Notes: generated by a model from the sequence alone, not told the origin. Shown: positions 28,261-42,962, counted from the first letter of the whole stretch. The stretch is DNA of 62,911 bases, filler included, from Octopus bimaculoides (GCF_001194135.2; 5 parts of 5 records of this genome joined end to end with filler, not necessarily neighbours in it); one strand, 5' to 3'. A program made the numbers and translations.

Positions 28261-29251
28261 TGTACGTATATATGCATATACACATGTATGTATATATTTA
28301 TATATATATATTATGTTTGTGTGTGTGTGTGTAGTCGGACAAAATATCAAAATGAAATTGTATGAGAGACGATATTTCTGAAATTACATATATTTACTGC
28401 TTCCACAAGCTATAAATTGAGTATTTAATTTAATGCTGAAGATTCTTTTTTTTTGTATTTATATGTTATCATATTTATTTGTTTAATTATTTTATTCCAC
28501 TGATATTTATCTCTTATAACAATCTTGATACAGGATACACTAGTTGCTTTTCTTAAAGAGCGTCTGATACCATCACGTACCCCACACACATACACACGCA
28601 CTTTCATATATGTGTATACATAGTTTCAAAATTTAAACAGAAACACAACAGAGGAACGAACGGAAAATTCACACACAGGACAGAACGTTGCTCATTCCTA
28701 CTCAGTTATCTTTCAAAAGATCCTTGCATTTGAAGGCGTTTGCTTTGGCCATCTCCTATTTAGGGCACAATTGAAGCAGAGGTTCTCCAAAGAACCTCAA
28801 ATGTATTTTTGTTAAAAGTGACCAAATCCACGGGTCCATATTCGGCAATTTTTATCCATTCTCTCATTAATTCACCGAAAATACTCTTGTTGTCCCTGTG
28901 TCCATATATCCTCGTAGGATATTGTTGAAATCCTCCTTTTTTGCTTTTCTCACTCGTCATGATTTCTTAGGGCTTATCTCACCTTTATTAGTCTTCCAGA
29001 AATAGCAAAAGGAGGCGATACCAGATTCTGGCAAGACTGTTCACGATGTTTAAACATGCATACATACAGATACATACATGCATGAATACATATATACATG
29101 TGCATACATACATTCATGCATGCATGCATGCATACATACATGCATACACACATACATACATACATACATACATACATACATACATACATACATACATTCA
29201 CTCATACATACATGCATGCATACATACATACATACAGGCATACATACATAT

Positions 29252-29603
29252 ATACTGGGGCGTTGGGATATGAGACACTACCTAATCTTTAGAAATTAGG
29301 CATCTCAAAACAAGAAAGGAGAAAGCTGATTCAAAGTCTACAGATCCAATCCATCACTGGAACTGTAAAGATTTGTAAAACTTTCCCGAAGTTTATCATT
29401 TAAATATATATGAGCATGTCTAGATATGCAATGATATGCATGAAAATACATACTTAAAGCAAAGCATACAAATCTACATATATAGATCCAAACCAAATAC
29501 CTTGTTGTTAATGTTGAAATTCGAATGAAGGAACCTTGGATCTAGGTTAGAAACCGGCTCTTTCTCTATTGGCAAGAAATCTTGAAATAAAACTGAACAA
29601 TGA
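29252..29603 (+). mobile_element. R4-like LINE 3' end
   Basis: GALG...LGISKQERRKLIQSLQIQSITGTVKICKTFPKF* matches the C-terminus at 48280-48380. Ends TGA-(CATA)n. Confidence 0.8.
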
Positions 29604-30129
29604 CATACATACATACATACATACATACATACATGAATATATACACGTGTATGCGTGTGTATGATACATAGGCACTTTATAGTTGAATCATCAAGAAGCT
29701 GAAATATCTGCAGCAACAAAAATCTCTTAGTTAATTTAAACATCAAATGAGAGGATTTCATAAACAGTACTGAATGCTGTCCTTTCAAAGAAGACCAACA
29801 GGCGAAGCGAAGAATCGGTTCTAATGAGACATTGGTTTCGATGTTTACATTGAAAGAAAAGAGATGTCTTCGTCGAATTTTCTTCATTGAATTAACCACC
29901 GTGAAAAGGCGACGAGGCAGTATCAGGTATCCTTTTGCAGTTTGAATAGATCACTTTGAGGAAACTTTCTCAATTCTTATGGTAAAATTGGCATTAATTT
30001 TTGCACTGTGCTTTTTCTTTCTCTACAGATTATTCTATACGACAGAGGTTTAATTCGTATCGATTTTACCCTTTCAAAATCGGTTTAACTCCGAGACACA
30101 TCGGACACTGCATGGTATATGGGTGGATT

Positions 30130-30900
30130 TTCAGCAATGGAATCGACAAAAAGTATTTGTTCTGTCTATAGAAATGAAATTTTAATTGTCCGGTCATCAC
30201 CGAACGATGATTTGATTCGTTTCGCTTTGGAATTTTTTTCTCACGCAGATTCCCCCAATTTGGAAGGTTATGTTCTATCGTTACTGAGCTTTTGAATACG
30301 GCAGTTGAAGAAAATCCAAAGAATACTGCACGCGAATTAGCGAAACAGTGCAATCCAACTAAACAACGAAAAGTGTCTAAACTTGGTCAGTGTGTCCCTC
30401 ATCTTCAGAGTATTTCTCATTTTAATTAAAAAGTCGCCTGATGATCATCGTTGAAATGTAGACTTGTAACGGAATCTTTTACACCACAGATGCAAAATGC
30501 GTTCTCTTTTATCCTATGCAACGACAATGGACTGCAACTAGTGAAAAAGAATTGCTCCCCAAAACCAGGACTACATCGGAAAAAAATTTACATTCTGTGT
30601 TTGGTGGGATACGAGGAGTGTTGTCTATCATGAAGTATTAAGCCAAAATGAAACATTAAATGCAGAAAATTGCCGCCAATTGGGAACATTGCTCAGAAAT
30701 TTGTAGTAAAAGTCTCCACCATAGGTCAATCGCGTTACACTTACACGACACTGCAAGACAACATATTACTCAAGTCACTCAAAGATTATGACAAGAAATA
30801 CGGAAGGTTTGCCTCTTCCTTTTTACTATCCTCACCTTGCTTCATCATACTGTCGTAATTTCAGATCGTTGCAACATTGTTAAGAAGGAAAACAGTTTGA
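30130..30900 (+). mobile_element. Mariner (DD34D-type) transposase relic
   Basis: Broken frames: NPKNTARELAK, KLGQCVPH, PKPGLHRKK..CVWWDTRSVVYHEVLSQNETLNAE, LHDTARQH. Confidence 0.8.
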
Positions 30901-31292
30901 TAATTGAGAAGAGGTTAAAAGTAATATTCGATGTTTCATTGTTTCGAAACGTGAAACATCTTACGCCCATGAGATCAACAATTTGCCAAATAGATGAGAT
31001 TATGTTCTCAATAATGAGGGAAAATATCCTGATTACAAATATCAATTAACACTAACGAAACAATTGTTTCTTTCTCCATTTTGAAATGTGACAAAACTTT
31101 CTTTCGAATATTATGTATATAGGCATATGTACATACATACATACATGCATACATACATACATACATATACAAGTATATATGTATGTAATTCAAAAGCTTT
31201 ATTCGTGGAAATGATTAGAAGCTTATTACATAGTTTATTAGTTCATTATCACAGTTAAATTCGACTAACACACACTGTACGTGATGTGTCTT

Positions 31293-31344
<52 letters not shown>

Positions 31345-31357
31345 CACATATTATATG

Positions 31358-31394
<37 letters not shown>

Positions 31395-32351
31395 GTATGT
31401 GTGTGTGTGTTTAATGTATGCATATATATGTATATATATAGTATGTATGCATGCATGTATATATGTATATATGTATGTATGTATGTTTGTATGTATGTAT
31501 GTATGTATGTATGTATGTATGTATGTATGTATGTATGTGTGTATGTATGTGTGTATGCATAATGCAGAGTCAATCAAAATGTTTCCACACATTTCAAGAA
31601 AAGGAAAATGTGTAGAAATACTTTAATACATCTTTAACCGCTAGAATTACTAGAGATGTCCAAAATGGTGACCGTTAATCACTTATCCAGACACTTATTG
31701 GTACGGTGGACAGTTGCTTGGACAACATTGGCCAAAGTCCACGGTGGGATTGCTGCACAGGTCACTTCAGTTTCTTCACAAAGGACTATCAGTGTAGCTT
31801 TTCTGTGATACACAACACCATTTAGGTTAAAAGTCTTCTGGTGTTAAATCAGGAGAACATGAAGACAACACGAATTCACCTCTTCGTCCTATGCACGATG
31901 CTGACAAATTCTAATTCAGGTAAGCTTGCACGTCTCGGCACCACGTTTGAAAAAGGTGAAAATAGGCAAAAAATACTTTAAAGGTAACTTGTATTAATCC
32001 TGTGATGTCTGAATAAATTTAGTATTGAAGGATTTTTACTCGCTTTTCTCTTCCTGAAGGGTGTATACGCTTGTTAGGTGGACTCTGCATGACGTGTATA
32101 TAGATTGTGCATTAATTCATATGTGTGTGCGTGTGCGTATAAGTGTATATGCGTTTATATATACATATGTAAATGCTTAAATCAATACATGTATATAATA
32201 CACATAATAACATGTATCTTCATACATGCATGTCTACATATATATTTATGTGCGTGCATATATGTATGTGTTTGCATGTGTATGTGCGTGTATATGCATA
32301 TATGTATATGTACATATATAGTCACGTATGTATATATATAGGAACTTATTG

Positions 32352-32384
<33 letters not shown>

Positions 32385-32849
32385 GTATGTTTGATTGTGT
32401 ATGTGCACGTGAGCAGATATATTTAAAATTGTTAAAATATATATTTCCTTCTAACTCATCCATTATTTTTAAAAGCCATTGCTTTTTGCATATATACAAC
32501 CTATATATCTTATATACATATAAACTATATACAAATTATATACTTTATTTTTTATTTGGTAATGTACAAACTTAGTAAAAACAAAATACTTAAATTTCTA
32601 TTCCTTTCATGTTAAATTTACATCTTGATTTTCGATCCAAAAACTTTATCCTTCTACATTATATATACATGTTTTCTCTATTACCCTCTCTCAAAAATGT
32701 AAACAGTCTCTACATCTTCACATAGTTTTCCTTTAATATTCATTCCTACACACACACAAACGTATGTGTGTGTGTACTGGTGTGTGTATACAAAAAGCCC
32801 TAAACAGTGTGCACATGAAATACATGCATCATTGCACATGTTGAGTTTG

Positions 32850-33110
32850 AGGTCGATATCGTCACTGAAATACTCTCCATTACAAGTGTTACTACACCCT
32901 GTATCTATGCTAGCGATATGGAAATATTAGAAGCAACGAGGAATATCAATGATGTCATAAACTTACAGCGAGATTTAAATCCAATATACGAGCGTGCTGA
33001 AGAAAAATAAAAACGGTACGAAAATTATTACAGTTGGAGAAAAAAAAATATGATATAAAGGAACAAAATACATTGCGGTCCAGAATCATAAACATTACGT
33101 GACACAGAGG
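32850..33110 (+). mobile_element. CR1-like RT relic
   Basis: Decayed ADD..I.......DV.NLQRDL.PIYE.AEE pattern. Confidence 0.55.
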
Positions 33111-33478
33111 TCAATACAAGTAATGACGCACAAGTTATTTGAATAGTACTAAAATGGCGAAGATATGCAGATGATTGTAGGAATGGAATCGGAGATGATT
33201 CAAAAGCGGAGAAAAAGAAATTTTGTTGATGCTGTGGAGGACATTTCTATTCAGTCGTCTTGACTCTTTTTCTCACCTTTGATCCCCACATAATGTTAAA
33301 CTGATTATTGAACTTGAATTACACCAAAGCTACAACATTAAGGGGATTGTCTCAATGCAGAAGACGAGCTAAAAGAGAGACTGGTAAGAGTAAGACATTA
33401 CTCGCTTGGAGTAAGACAGAAGAGACATTAGCGAGGTATGTGTGTATATGTGCAAATAAATGAATGTCTGTACGTGTG

Positions 33479-33533
<55 letters not shown>

Positions 33534-33569
33534 TATTCTGACGTGACTCTATCTTTCTATCTATCTATA

Positions 33570-33602
<33 letters not shown>

Positions 33603-34309
33603 CTCTATCTATCTATCTATCTTTCTATCTATCTATCTATCTGTCTTCCTCTATCTTTCTATCTATCCCTCTGTCCTGGCCTCTACTTCACTGCTATACC
33701 CTTCTGTCCCTTCCTCCTTGTTCCACTTCCTCCCTCCACCATCCTCTCTGCTCTCGTGTGACCTGTGGTNNNNNNNNNNNNNNNNNNNNNNNNNNNNNNN
33801 NNNNNNNNNNNNNNNNNNNNNNNNNNNNNNNNNNNNNNNNNNNNNNNNNNNNNNNNNNNNNNNNNNNNNNNNNNNNNNNNNNNNNNNNNNNNNNNNNNNN
33901 NNNNNNNNNNNNNNNNNNNNNNNNNNNNNNNNNNNNNNNNNNNNNNNNNNNNNNNNNNNNNNNNNNNNNNNNNNNNNNNNNNNNNNNNNNNNNNNNNNNN
34001 NNNNNNNNNNNNNNNNNNNNNNNNNNNNNNNNNNNNNNNNNNNNNNNNNNNNNNNNNNNNNNNNNNNNNNNNNNNNNNNNNNNNNNNNNNNNNNNNNNNN
34101 NNNNNNNNNNNNNNNNNNNNNNNNNNNNNNNNNNNNNNNNNNNNNNNNNNNNNNNNNNNNNNNNNNNNNNNNNNNNNNNNNNNNNNNNNNNNNNNNNNNN
34201 NNNNNNNNNNNNNNNNNNNNNNNNNNNNNNNNNNNNNNNNNNNNNNNNNNNNNNNNNNNNNNNNNNNNNNNNNNNNNNNNNNNNNNNNNNNNNNNNNNNN
34301 NNNNNNNNN

Positions 34310-34541
34310 CGTAAACACACCACCATCGGTTGTCAAGCGATGTTGGGGGCACAAACACAGACACAGAAACATATACACACACATACACACACACATATAT
34401 ATATATATATATACATATATACGACTGGCTTCTTTCAGTTTCCGTCTACCAAATCCACTCACAAGGCTTTGGTCGGCCCGAGGCTATAGTAGAAGACACT
34501 TGCTCAAGGTGCCACGCAATGAGACTGAACCCGGAACCATG
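34310..34541 (-). mobile_element. Same SINE family, partial
   Basis: Both halves flank a (CA)/(TA) spacer; truncated by a gap. Confidence 0.85.
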
Positions 34542-34577
34542 TATGTATGTATGTATGCATGTATGTATGTATGTATG

Positions 34578-34608
<31 letters not shown>

Positions 34609-34649
34609 CAGCACTTAACTCAAATTTAAATGTAGTATTGCAGACAAAG

Positions 34650-35445
34650 TAGACTGGACCAGGAGAGATTGTAGCGTCTAAATGTCTTAATCAGTAGATG
34701 ACTTGCACATTAACACGTGTACTGAACCATCGTTTCCTGTGCATATTTCTAAGTTTGCCAATGAAATGTAGACGGCTAGTTGGAGGGATTCTAAGGACAT
34801 TCAGAACAAGAGGCCTAGAAACTATGATGGTTTTCTGGTTGACATTTGTCCTCAGTTGTCTAAACCATAGCTCCCAATTACGGTAACTAATTAATGTGAA
34901 ATTAATGATAGAACTTTAAGTAATGCAGTGCAGCTACAAGAAGGTTGCTTCAATGCAACATATCAACTATTGGGAAATGTTGCTACCTTAAAACTCTATT
35001 CCTTTGAGCGAACACGAAAAAGATATGTAGTAATATATATCTGGAAGATCCTCGAAGGTGTTGCTGTAAACTTTGGCGTTGAAAACTATGCTACTACCGG
35101 AAGAGGGACCTACTGCATCGTACCAAAGATCCCATCTTCACCGTCGAGATTTAGGACCAGACATTGCAATCTCTTAGGGTCCAAAAGCCCACAATTTTTC
35201 AGTATCCTACCGAATGATTTACGAGAGCCACATGGTGTGGACATTGATGGCTTCAAAATATAACTGGAGCTTCTACTGTGTAGAACTCCAGATCAGCTTA
35301 TTTCATGGGGAGAATCACAAAGAACTAAATGCGGAAACTGCTCCCACCTTGTCAATCTAATGTCAACCAAAAATAAAAGATCAGGAAAAACGTAGCAGCA
35401 TCAATGGCGGTTCCTCAGCATTGTCACAGCTTAAAGGCTGAAACA
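34650..35445 (+). mobile_element. CR1-like LINE 3' region
   Basis: LYSFERTRKRY..IYIWKILEG...VPKIPSSPSRFRTRHCN.LG...PQFF.ILP. Confidence 0.7.
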
Positions 35446-35456
35446 AATACAAGAGT

Positions 35457-35521
<65 letters not shown>

Positions 35522-35621
35522 NNNNNNNNNNNNNNNNNNNNNNNNNNNNNNNNNNNNNNNNNNNNTTAATTAATTAANNNNNNNNNNNNNNNNNNNNNNN
35601 NNNNNNNNNNNNNNNNNNNNN

Positions 35622-35667
<46 letters not shown>

Positions 35668-35682
35668 CTATTTTTCTATTTG

Positions 35683-35743
<61 letters not shown>

Positions 35744-35969
35744 TTGTCTGTCTATTTATTTATTTATCTGTCTAACTATACTTCTATGTATTTATATAAC
35801 TATTCATCCCTTTGTACACTTATATCAATCAATATTTTCTGTTAGTAACTAACGCTTTATCTCTCTCTCTCTCTTTCTCTATTATATTTATACACGCACA
35901 CACACACACACACACATATGTATACACACACACACACACACAAACAAACACACACACACACACACACAT

Positions 35970-36045
<76 letters not shown>

Positions 36046-36361
36046 CAATCAGTTGTACGTATCTGCTTTCGTACGACCATATACATTCGTCCCTATATCT
36101 CTTTATCATCTGACATCTTTGATCTGTCCAATGATAAACTACGTCATAGCCTCATCAGAAGAATGACTAGAAGTACAATTGACCAGCGAGCAGATGGACG
36201 TTCAAAGAAATTTCCATAATTAATTTCATATGCTATTATGTCAAAAATAATAATGTAATGGAACTGACTATCAAAGTGTGTCTATGCATATGTTTCGTGT
36301 TCTGTCCTGCCACGTTAATTTCATCATGTGATTATCACTTGCGGCACACGTGTCACTCAAG

Positions 36362-36393
<32 letters not shown>

Positions 36394-37208
36394 NNNNNNN
36401 NNNNNNNNNNNNNNNNNNNNNNNNNNNNNNNNNNNNNNNNNNNNNNNNNNNNNNNNNNNNNNNNNNNNNNNNNNNNNNNNNNNNNNNNNNNNNNNNNNNN
36501 NNNNNNNNNNNNNNNNNNNNNNNNNNNNNNNNNNNNNNNNNNNNNNNNNNNNNNNNNNNNNNNNNNNNNNNNNNNNNNNNNNNNNNNNNNNNNNNNNNNN
36601 NNNNNNNNNNNNNNNNNNNNNNNNNNNNNNNNNNNNNNNNNNNNNNNNNNNNNNNNNNNNNNNNNNNNNNNNNNNNNNNNNNNNNNNNNNNNNNNNNNNN
36701 NNNNNNNNNNNNNNNNNNNNNNNNNNNNNNNNNNNNNNNNNNNNNNNNNNNNNNNNNNNNNNNNNNNNNNNNNNNNNNNNNNNNNNNNNNNNNNNNNNNN
36801 NNNNNNNNNNNNNNNNNNNNNNNNNNNNNNNNNNNNNNNNNNNNNNNNNNNNNNNNNNNNNNNNNNNNNNNNNNNNNNNNNNNNNNNNNNNNNNNNNNNN
36901 NNNNNNNNNNNNNNNNNNNNNNNNNNNNNNNNNNNNNNNNNNNNNNNNNNNNNNNNNNNNNNNNNNNNNNNNNNNNNNNNNNNNNNNNNNNNNNNNNNNN
37001 NNNNNNNNNNNNNNNNNNNNNNNNNNNNNNNNNNNNNNNNNNNNNNNNNNNNNNNNNNNNNNNNNNNNNNNNNNNNNNNNNNNNNNNNNNNNNNNNNNNN
37101 NNNNNNNNNNNNNNNNNNNNNNNNNNNNNNNNNNNNNNNNNNNNNNNNNNNNNNNNNNNNNNNNNNNNNNNNNNNNNNNNNNNNNNNNNNNNNNNNNNNN
37201 NNNNNNNT

Positions 37209-37295
37209 ATTTCCAACATATGTTTCGAAGATTACAAATTATACCATCCATAGGAATCGGCAATGTTGAAAATGTAATCTTCTCTTCAGGGAAAT
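37209..37295 (-). ncRNA. Type I hammerhead ribozyme, canonical core
   Basis: Minus strand reads ATTTCC-CTGAAGA-GAAGATTACA-(36 nt)-TGTAATCTTC-GAAA-C-ATAT-G-TT^GGAAAT. Stem I is a perfect 6 bp, stem II a perfect 10 bp, and stem III is minimal with a palindromic loop. Predicted GUU cleavage between 37215 and 37214. Confidence 0.88.
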
Positions 37296-37715
37296 GCATG
37301 GGAACCAGCTCAAACGTAAGACATTTTAACCGAATGTGAGAACTATAGTTGGAGAAGGTTATTACGTAATATATTTGAAAAAGCCGTTGGAGATTAGGAC
37401 GCTACCAGACAGTACGTTGGACAAGAAGGGAAGAAAAGAAGGAAAGCAAAAAAGGAAAAAAGAAGAGAAATTCAGAGTGTGAAGTTGGGAGATAATAAGA
37501 TGATTTAAATCCGATAAAAATTGGAGAGGAATGTTATTTAAATAATGTGATCGTAAGGGGAAGTTAATCTTGTATTTCTACAAAAAATGCTGAGATAAAT
37601 GTATATAATCATATATACTCATGTATACGCGCATATATACACACATACATACTCACACACAAACATACATATACTCGAATAAATACATATATGCATACAT
37701 ATATACACTTACGTA

Positions 37716-37754
<39 letters not shown>

Positions 37755-39724
37755 CTAGTACTTATTCTATCGGTCTCTGTTGCCGAACTGCTAGGTTACG
37801 GAGACCTAAACACACCAACATCGGTTTGCCCCAGTACAGCACAGATTAGGCGAATTCATACTCTCCACTTTCGTTTAGTTTCGGTCAATTAACTATTTTA
37901 TCTGACCAAACTTACTCGCTGACCTTTCGGAATTTTGATGGTTTCGGCTCTCCGTTTATCTCAAAATCTGTTAATTTTATATCTCTATATATTCTTTTGG
38001 TCTTAATTATTGGTAGTTTCCAGTCGTTCATTACTTTTTTTAGATCCATTGACTATTACAATTTTTCTTCATACATACATACATACATACATACATACAT
38101 ACATACATACATACNNNNNNNNNNNNNNNNNNNNNNNNNNNNNNNNNNNNNNNNNNNNNNNNNNNNNNNNNNNNNNNNNNNNNNNNNNNNNNNNNNNNNN
38201 NNNNNNNNNNNNNNATATAGACACAGCTCGTTCACCAACACTAAAAATATAATATAACCAAATTCAAGCTAACCCCAGATCATCTATGTCTTTTTAAAAC
38301 TTCTAGAAATATCAACCAGACACACAAACTTGAAAAGCTGCCCTAGGTCTTACATAAAATAGAAAGATGTATGGAATAAATGTAATTCTAGATGCACCAT
38401 GTCTGAATAAATGTTACGATGTTTATATGTGAGATGTTTTTGATCATGTTTCATCGATTTGAGCTGACCTGGGACCAAACAGCCATCAACACCAACACCA
38501 CCGCCGCCGCCAAAACATGAATGTAAGTTTAATGTTTCGCAAAATATTCGGATGAATTAATAAAACCAAACGAAAGATTCTGCAAAAGGTTTGGAAGCGG
38601 CGGCATCTTAATGGTATCGGAATGTTATGTTTAAACTAATCAAGTTGCCGGACCATTCATATTCTACATTGAAAGTATCAGCGTACGGTATTGCAAAAGA
38701 AGCAGAAATCTTGTTACCGAAGAATATTATTGCCTATATATATCGGCATATTGATTCCAGATTGGCAATATATCAAAATGTAAATGTTACTTGCACGTCT
38801 TGCCAAATTTTCCAAAAGGTATCTCGAAGACCATGAAAGAGAGATTTTTGGATAGTCTCCAGACCAGAACCCCTATTAAGAATTGAAGGTAGATCATTAA
38901 CTCAAAAGTTGAATGCAAGAGATTTAAAAGTAAGGCAACTTTTACGTGCCTCAGATCAAGACGAGAGGCACTAATTAGAGCCCCGTGATATAGAAAACAC
39001 TTGCTAACAGGACGATCAAAAGAATAAAGCAAACTATAAACTGGCCATAATTCATGACTAGTATCGATTAGCAAGCCGTGGTATTGATTATTAGAGTTTG
39101 CTTGAAAATAAACGTAATTTATATGTAATTTTTTTAATCATAATGAAATAAGTCGATTTCATTTTAACGTAATATTTGATTAGAGATGGGGTAATATCAA
39201 CTGATTCATAGAAGATTCATATTTTCTTTGCTTTATATGCACACACACGCTCACACACTCACACACACTCACACACACTCACACACATGCATAATGTACA
39301 CACGTATTTGTGGCTTAGTATTAATTTTGAGAGCACGTTATCTATATACACATTCACGTATTCATACATATATTCATACATATATTCATACATACATATA
39401 TGCCTTCATACATACATACATACATACATACATACATACATACATACATACATACATGCATGCATACATACATACATACATACATGCATACATACATACA
39501 CTCATACACATGTGTTTGTCTATGTATGTGTGTATGTATGTATGTTTGTATGTATATCATATCCAAATTAACAATACATATGTCAATAGTAGTCCGCGCA
39601 TCGATGTGCGTACACGCAATTGAATAGGAAAGAGGATTCCAAATCGGTTATTTTTCTGTTTCTATGCCCAGAATTTATTTATATTGTTACATTCAGTAGC
39701 ATATGTATGTGTTTTGTATACGTA

Positions 39725-39784
<60 letters not shown>

Positions 39785-40104
39785 CGCGCGTGTGTGTATG
39801 AGTGTGTGCATGTGTGTGTGTATGAGTGTGTGCATGTGTGTGTGTCTTTGTGTCCGCGTTTGTCCCCTCTCCACTGCTTGGCAACCTATGTCGGTGTATT
39901 TATGTCCCCATAACGTAGCGGTTCTGCAAAGAGCCCGATAAAATAAATACCAGGTTTAAAACAAAACAAAAACAGTACTGGACTCGATTGATTCGACTAA
40001 AAGTTATTCAAGGCGGTGCCCCAGTATGGCCGCAGTCTAAGAACTAAAGCAAGTAAAAGATAAAATATAATAACGAGAAAATCTTATTATTAACCTCCTC
40101 CTTC

Positions 40105-40380
40105 GTTTAACTTTGGGGCGTGATATGACCACAACTCTATACAATACAATTCTTAGAAAGGAAGTTCTCTGAAAGCAAAAATATCATTACAATGTTGTGG
40201 AGAATATGCATAATTGACAATAATGAAATGTTTCTGGAAAATGTTGGTACAACAGACCAAATATTGTTAATTGGAATAGAGAAAAGAAAGTGGTCATCTT
40301 AGTGGAAATAAGTTGTTTAACTGTTGTTAATTTAATGTGACAGATGTTTACAGAAACCCTTGAGCAATGCAAGCGAAGAG
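40105..40380 (+). mobile_element. Older R4-like REL endonuclease relic
   Basis: RDMTTTLYNTILRK...YNRPNIVNWNREKKVVILVEISC. Confidence 0.6.
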
Positions 40381-40648
40381 TTAAACAAACTGTGTAAGGT
40401 GATGTAGTCAATGAATGAAAACAAAGAGAGGCGAAATTGCATCAACATACGTACGTTGTTTAATGACATTATGTTTTGAGAAAATATAGAGTCAGCAACA
40501 CTCGTATATGTGTATAAATATATATACTATATATTTATAGTATATGTGTAGGTATATATAGAAATATAAGCGTGGGGTGTGTAGAAAATAGAAGAAAAGG
40601 GAAATAAGGAAAGATTCTAACAATGCAGACAATTTTACAAAACAAAAA

Positions 40649-40686
40649 TCTTTATATTTCGGGCACAATGGTCTATATTCAGAAGA
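40649..40686 (-). pseudogene. Decayed hammerhead-like motif
   Basis: Minus strand reads TCTT-CTGAATA-TAGACCATTGTGCCC-GAAA-TA-TA^AAGA. Stem I is 4 bp, but G8 is T and stem II is broken. Confidence 0.4.
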
Positions 40687-40854
40687 AAGCCATCCAAGGA
40701 ACGAGTATCTTGTTTGTAAAACTTTCTTCATTCTTAGAAGCGTTCTTTATTTCTCTTTTCTTCCATTCTCTATATCTGTACTACAACGCTTCAAGCGAAA
40801 TATAATACTCATATATACATACATATACACATACACACATATATATATGCACAC

Positions 40855-41700
40855 ACAGAGCTCTATCTAGTATGCTCCAAAGATTTACAATTGGGTTCAT
40901 GTCAGGAGATTGGTTCGGCCAACGTAGCATTTTGATCCCATTTTTAGTCAGCCATTGTTGATTCCTTTTCGCTGTGTGGCATGGAGTCTCATCTTCCATG
41001 AATAAAAACTCATATTTCGTTATGTTATCGTGTGAATACATCGGAAGTAGTCCTTGCTTAAGTATTTCGATGTATTTTTCAGAGTTTATGGTTCCAACAC
41101 ATTCGATCAGCTCAGAACGACCGTTGCTGGTGACAGCTCCCCATACCATTACAGTGAGGCCGCCATGTTTCACAGTTGGTTGGAGTCGTTTCAAATCAAA
41201 TTCTTGATTGGGAATCCTCCAGAGCCAAACACGTCCACTGTCTGAAAATAATGCAAATCTGGATACATCTGAGAAAATCCCTCTATCCCAAAATAAACTG
41301 GATTTTTCTGACATCTCCTTAGCTCATTTCTTTATTTTCATGATATTAATTGGTTGAAGGAGAGGTTTTCTTCTAGCTGCTCGTCCATGATACCCAACCT
41401 TATGCAGATATGTAACACATGTTCCTGGACTAACTTCAAGCTGTTTTGCAATGTCAGAAGTCTTCGAACGGGGTTCGTTTTCCATAGTTCTCTTCAAACA
41501 GCGAAGCTTCCTTTCCGAGGGCCCAGGTCGGTCGGGAAGAGAATCTGTTGATTCTTTTCCTTGGCTTTTGAAGAATCAACAAGAAAGAATCAACAAGGAG
41601 AATCTTTTCATAGAGAAATTCCAACCATTTCTTAACACACACACCCCTCAGTGACCTTATTTCTCTATGAACAGACACAAACTTCCTGTTTTGAAAAAAA
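40855..41700 (-). mobile_element. Tc1 (DD34E-type) transposase relic
   Basis: FSDVSRF, PTVKHGG..VMVWG, EDETPCH, WPNQSPDMNPIVNLW. The catalytic E of PIENLW is V, and there is an upstream stop. Confidence 0.9.
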
Positions 41701-42926
41701 GAGTTCATAACTCTAACTAAAAACACTTGTCTCCCCTTACACACACTTCCTGTTTTGACACCACATTTCCTGCTTAACACAAACTTTTAACCCTTTTTTT
41801 AAACCTAACAAAACTCAACTCTCATGCATCCTTATTTTTCCTACCAATTTATACATGAACTACTATTGAACTACAAAAGCTCAAAGACAATATAATGTAT
41901 GGGTATATTTATTNNNNNNNNNNNNNNNNNNNNNNNNNNNNNNNNNNNNNNNNNNNNNNNNNNNNNNNNNNNNNNNNNNNNNNNNNNNNNNNNNNNNNNN
42001 NNNNNNNNNNNNNNNNNNNNNNNNNNNNNNNNNNNNNNNNNNNNNNNNNNNNNNNNNNNNNNNNNNNNNNNNNNNNNNNNNNNNNNNNNNNNNNNNNNNN
42101 NNNNNNNNNNNNNNNNNNNNNNNNNNNNNNNNNNNNNNNNNNNNNNNNNNNNNNNNNNNNNNNNNNNNNNNNNNNNNNNNNNNNNNNNNNNNNNNNNNNN
42201 NNNNNNNNNNNNNNNNNNNNNNNNNNNNNNNNNNNNNNNNNNNNNNNNNNNNNNNNNNNNNNNNNNNNNNNNNNNNNNNNNNNNNNNNNNNNNNNNNNNN
42301 NNNNNNNNNNNNNNNNNNNNNNNNNNNNNNNNNNNNNNNNNNNNNNNNNNNNNNNNNNNNNNNNNNNNNNNNNNNNNNNNNNNNNNNNNNNNNNNNNNNN
42401 NNNNNNNNNNNNNNNNNNNNNNNNNNNNNNNNNNNNNNNNNNNNNNNNNNNNNNNNNNNNNNNNNNNNNNNNNNNNNNNNNNNNNNNNNNNNNNNNNNNN
42501 NNNNNNNNNNATAATTAAATTTGTCCTTTAAATACATTCTGATAGAATCCAACAGGTTGAATCTTACGAACTGCATTTCGATCAATCAGTATGATGCTGA
42601 GATGTCACGGTTTGGTGAATGTACCAACTTGGTTAGCATTTATCTCGCTTTTTTAAACGAGTTATGTTAGACAATTGCTATGCGGCCTAGACGTCATGAA
42701 ACCATGGGAACGTCAAGGATTCTTTACTTTGACCGCACCTAAAGAAATAATTGTTTGGCTGTATTTTGGAATGTTATAAACAAAATTCCTGTTTTCATTG
42801 AATTCTATTGTTACTATTCCTACAATTTTCCAGTCAATGTTGATATGGTTAACACGACCACCATCATCACCATCACCTTTGTTATTGTTAGTGGTGGCAA
42901 TGGTAGTAGTAATAATTGCAGTAGTC

Positions 42927-42962
<36 letters not shown>

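Noticed and set aside
31633-31960. Possible piggyBac-like end (TTAA-CCGCTAGAATTAC)
   Set aside because: No matching second terminus or convincing transposase frame.
36285-36327. Minus-strand ATGATGA...CACGAAACATATGCA resembling the 37.2-kb ribozyme
   Set aside because: C3 and U16.1 are both wrong and there is no stem I; probably a SINE remnant or chance.
38627-38836. Possible LTR-retrotransposon integrase zinc-finger relic (..C..CQ)
   Set aside because: Similarity is too weak to support without a search.
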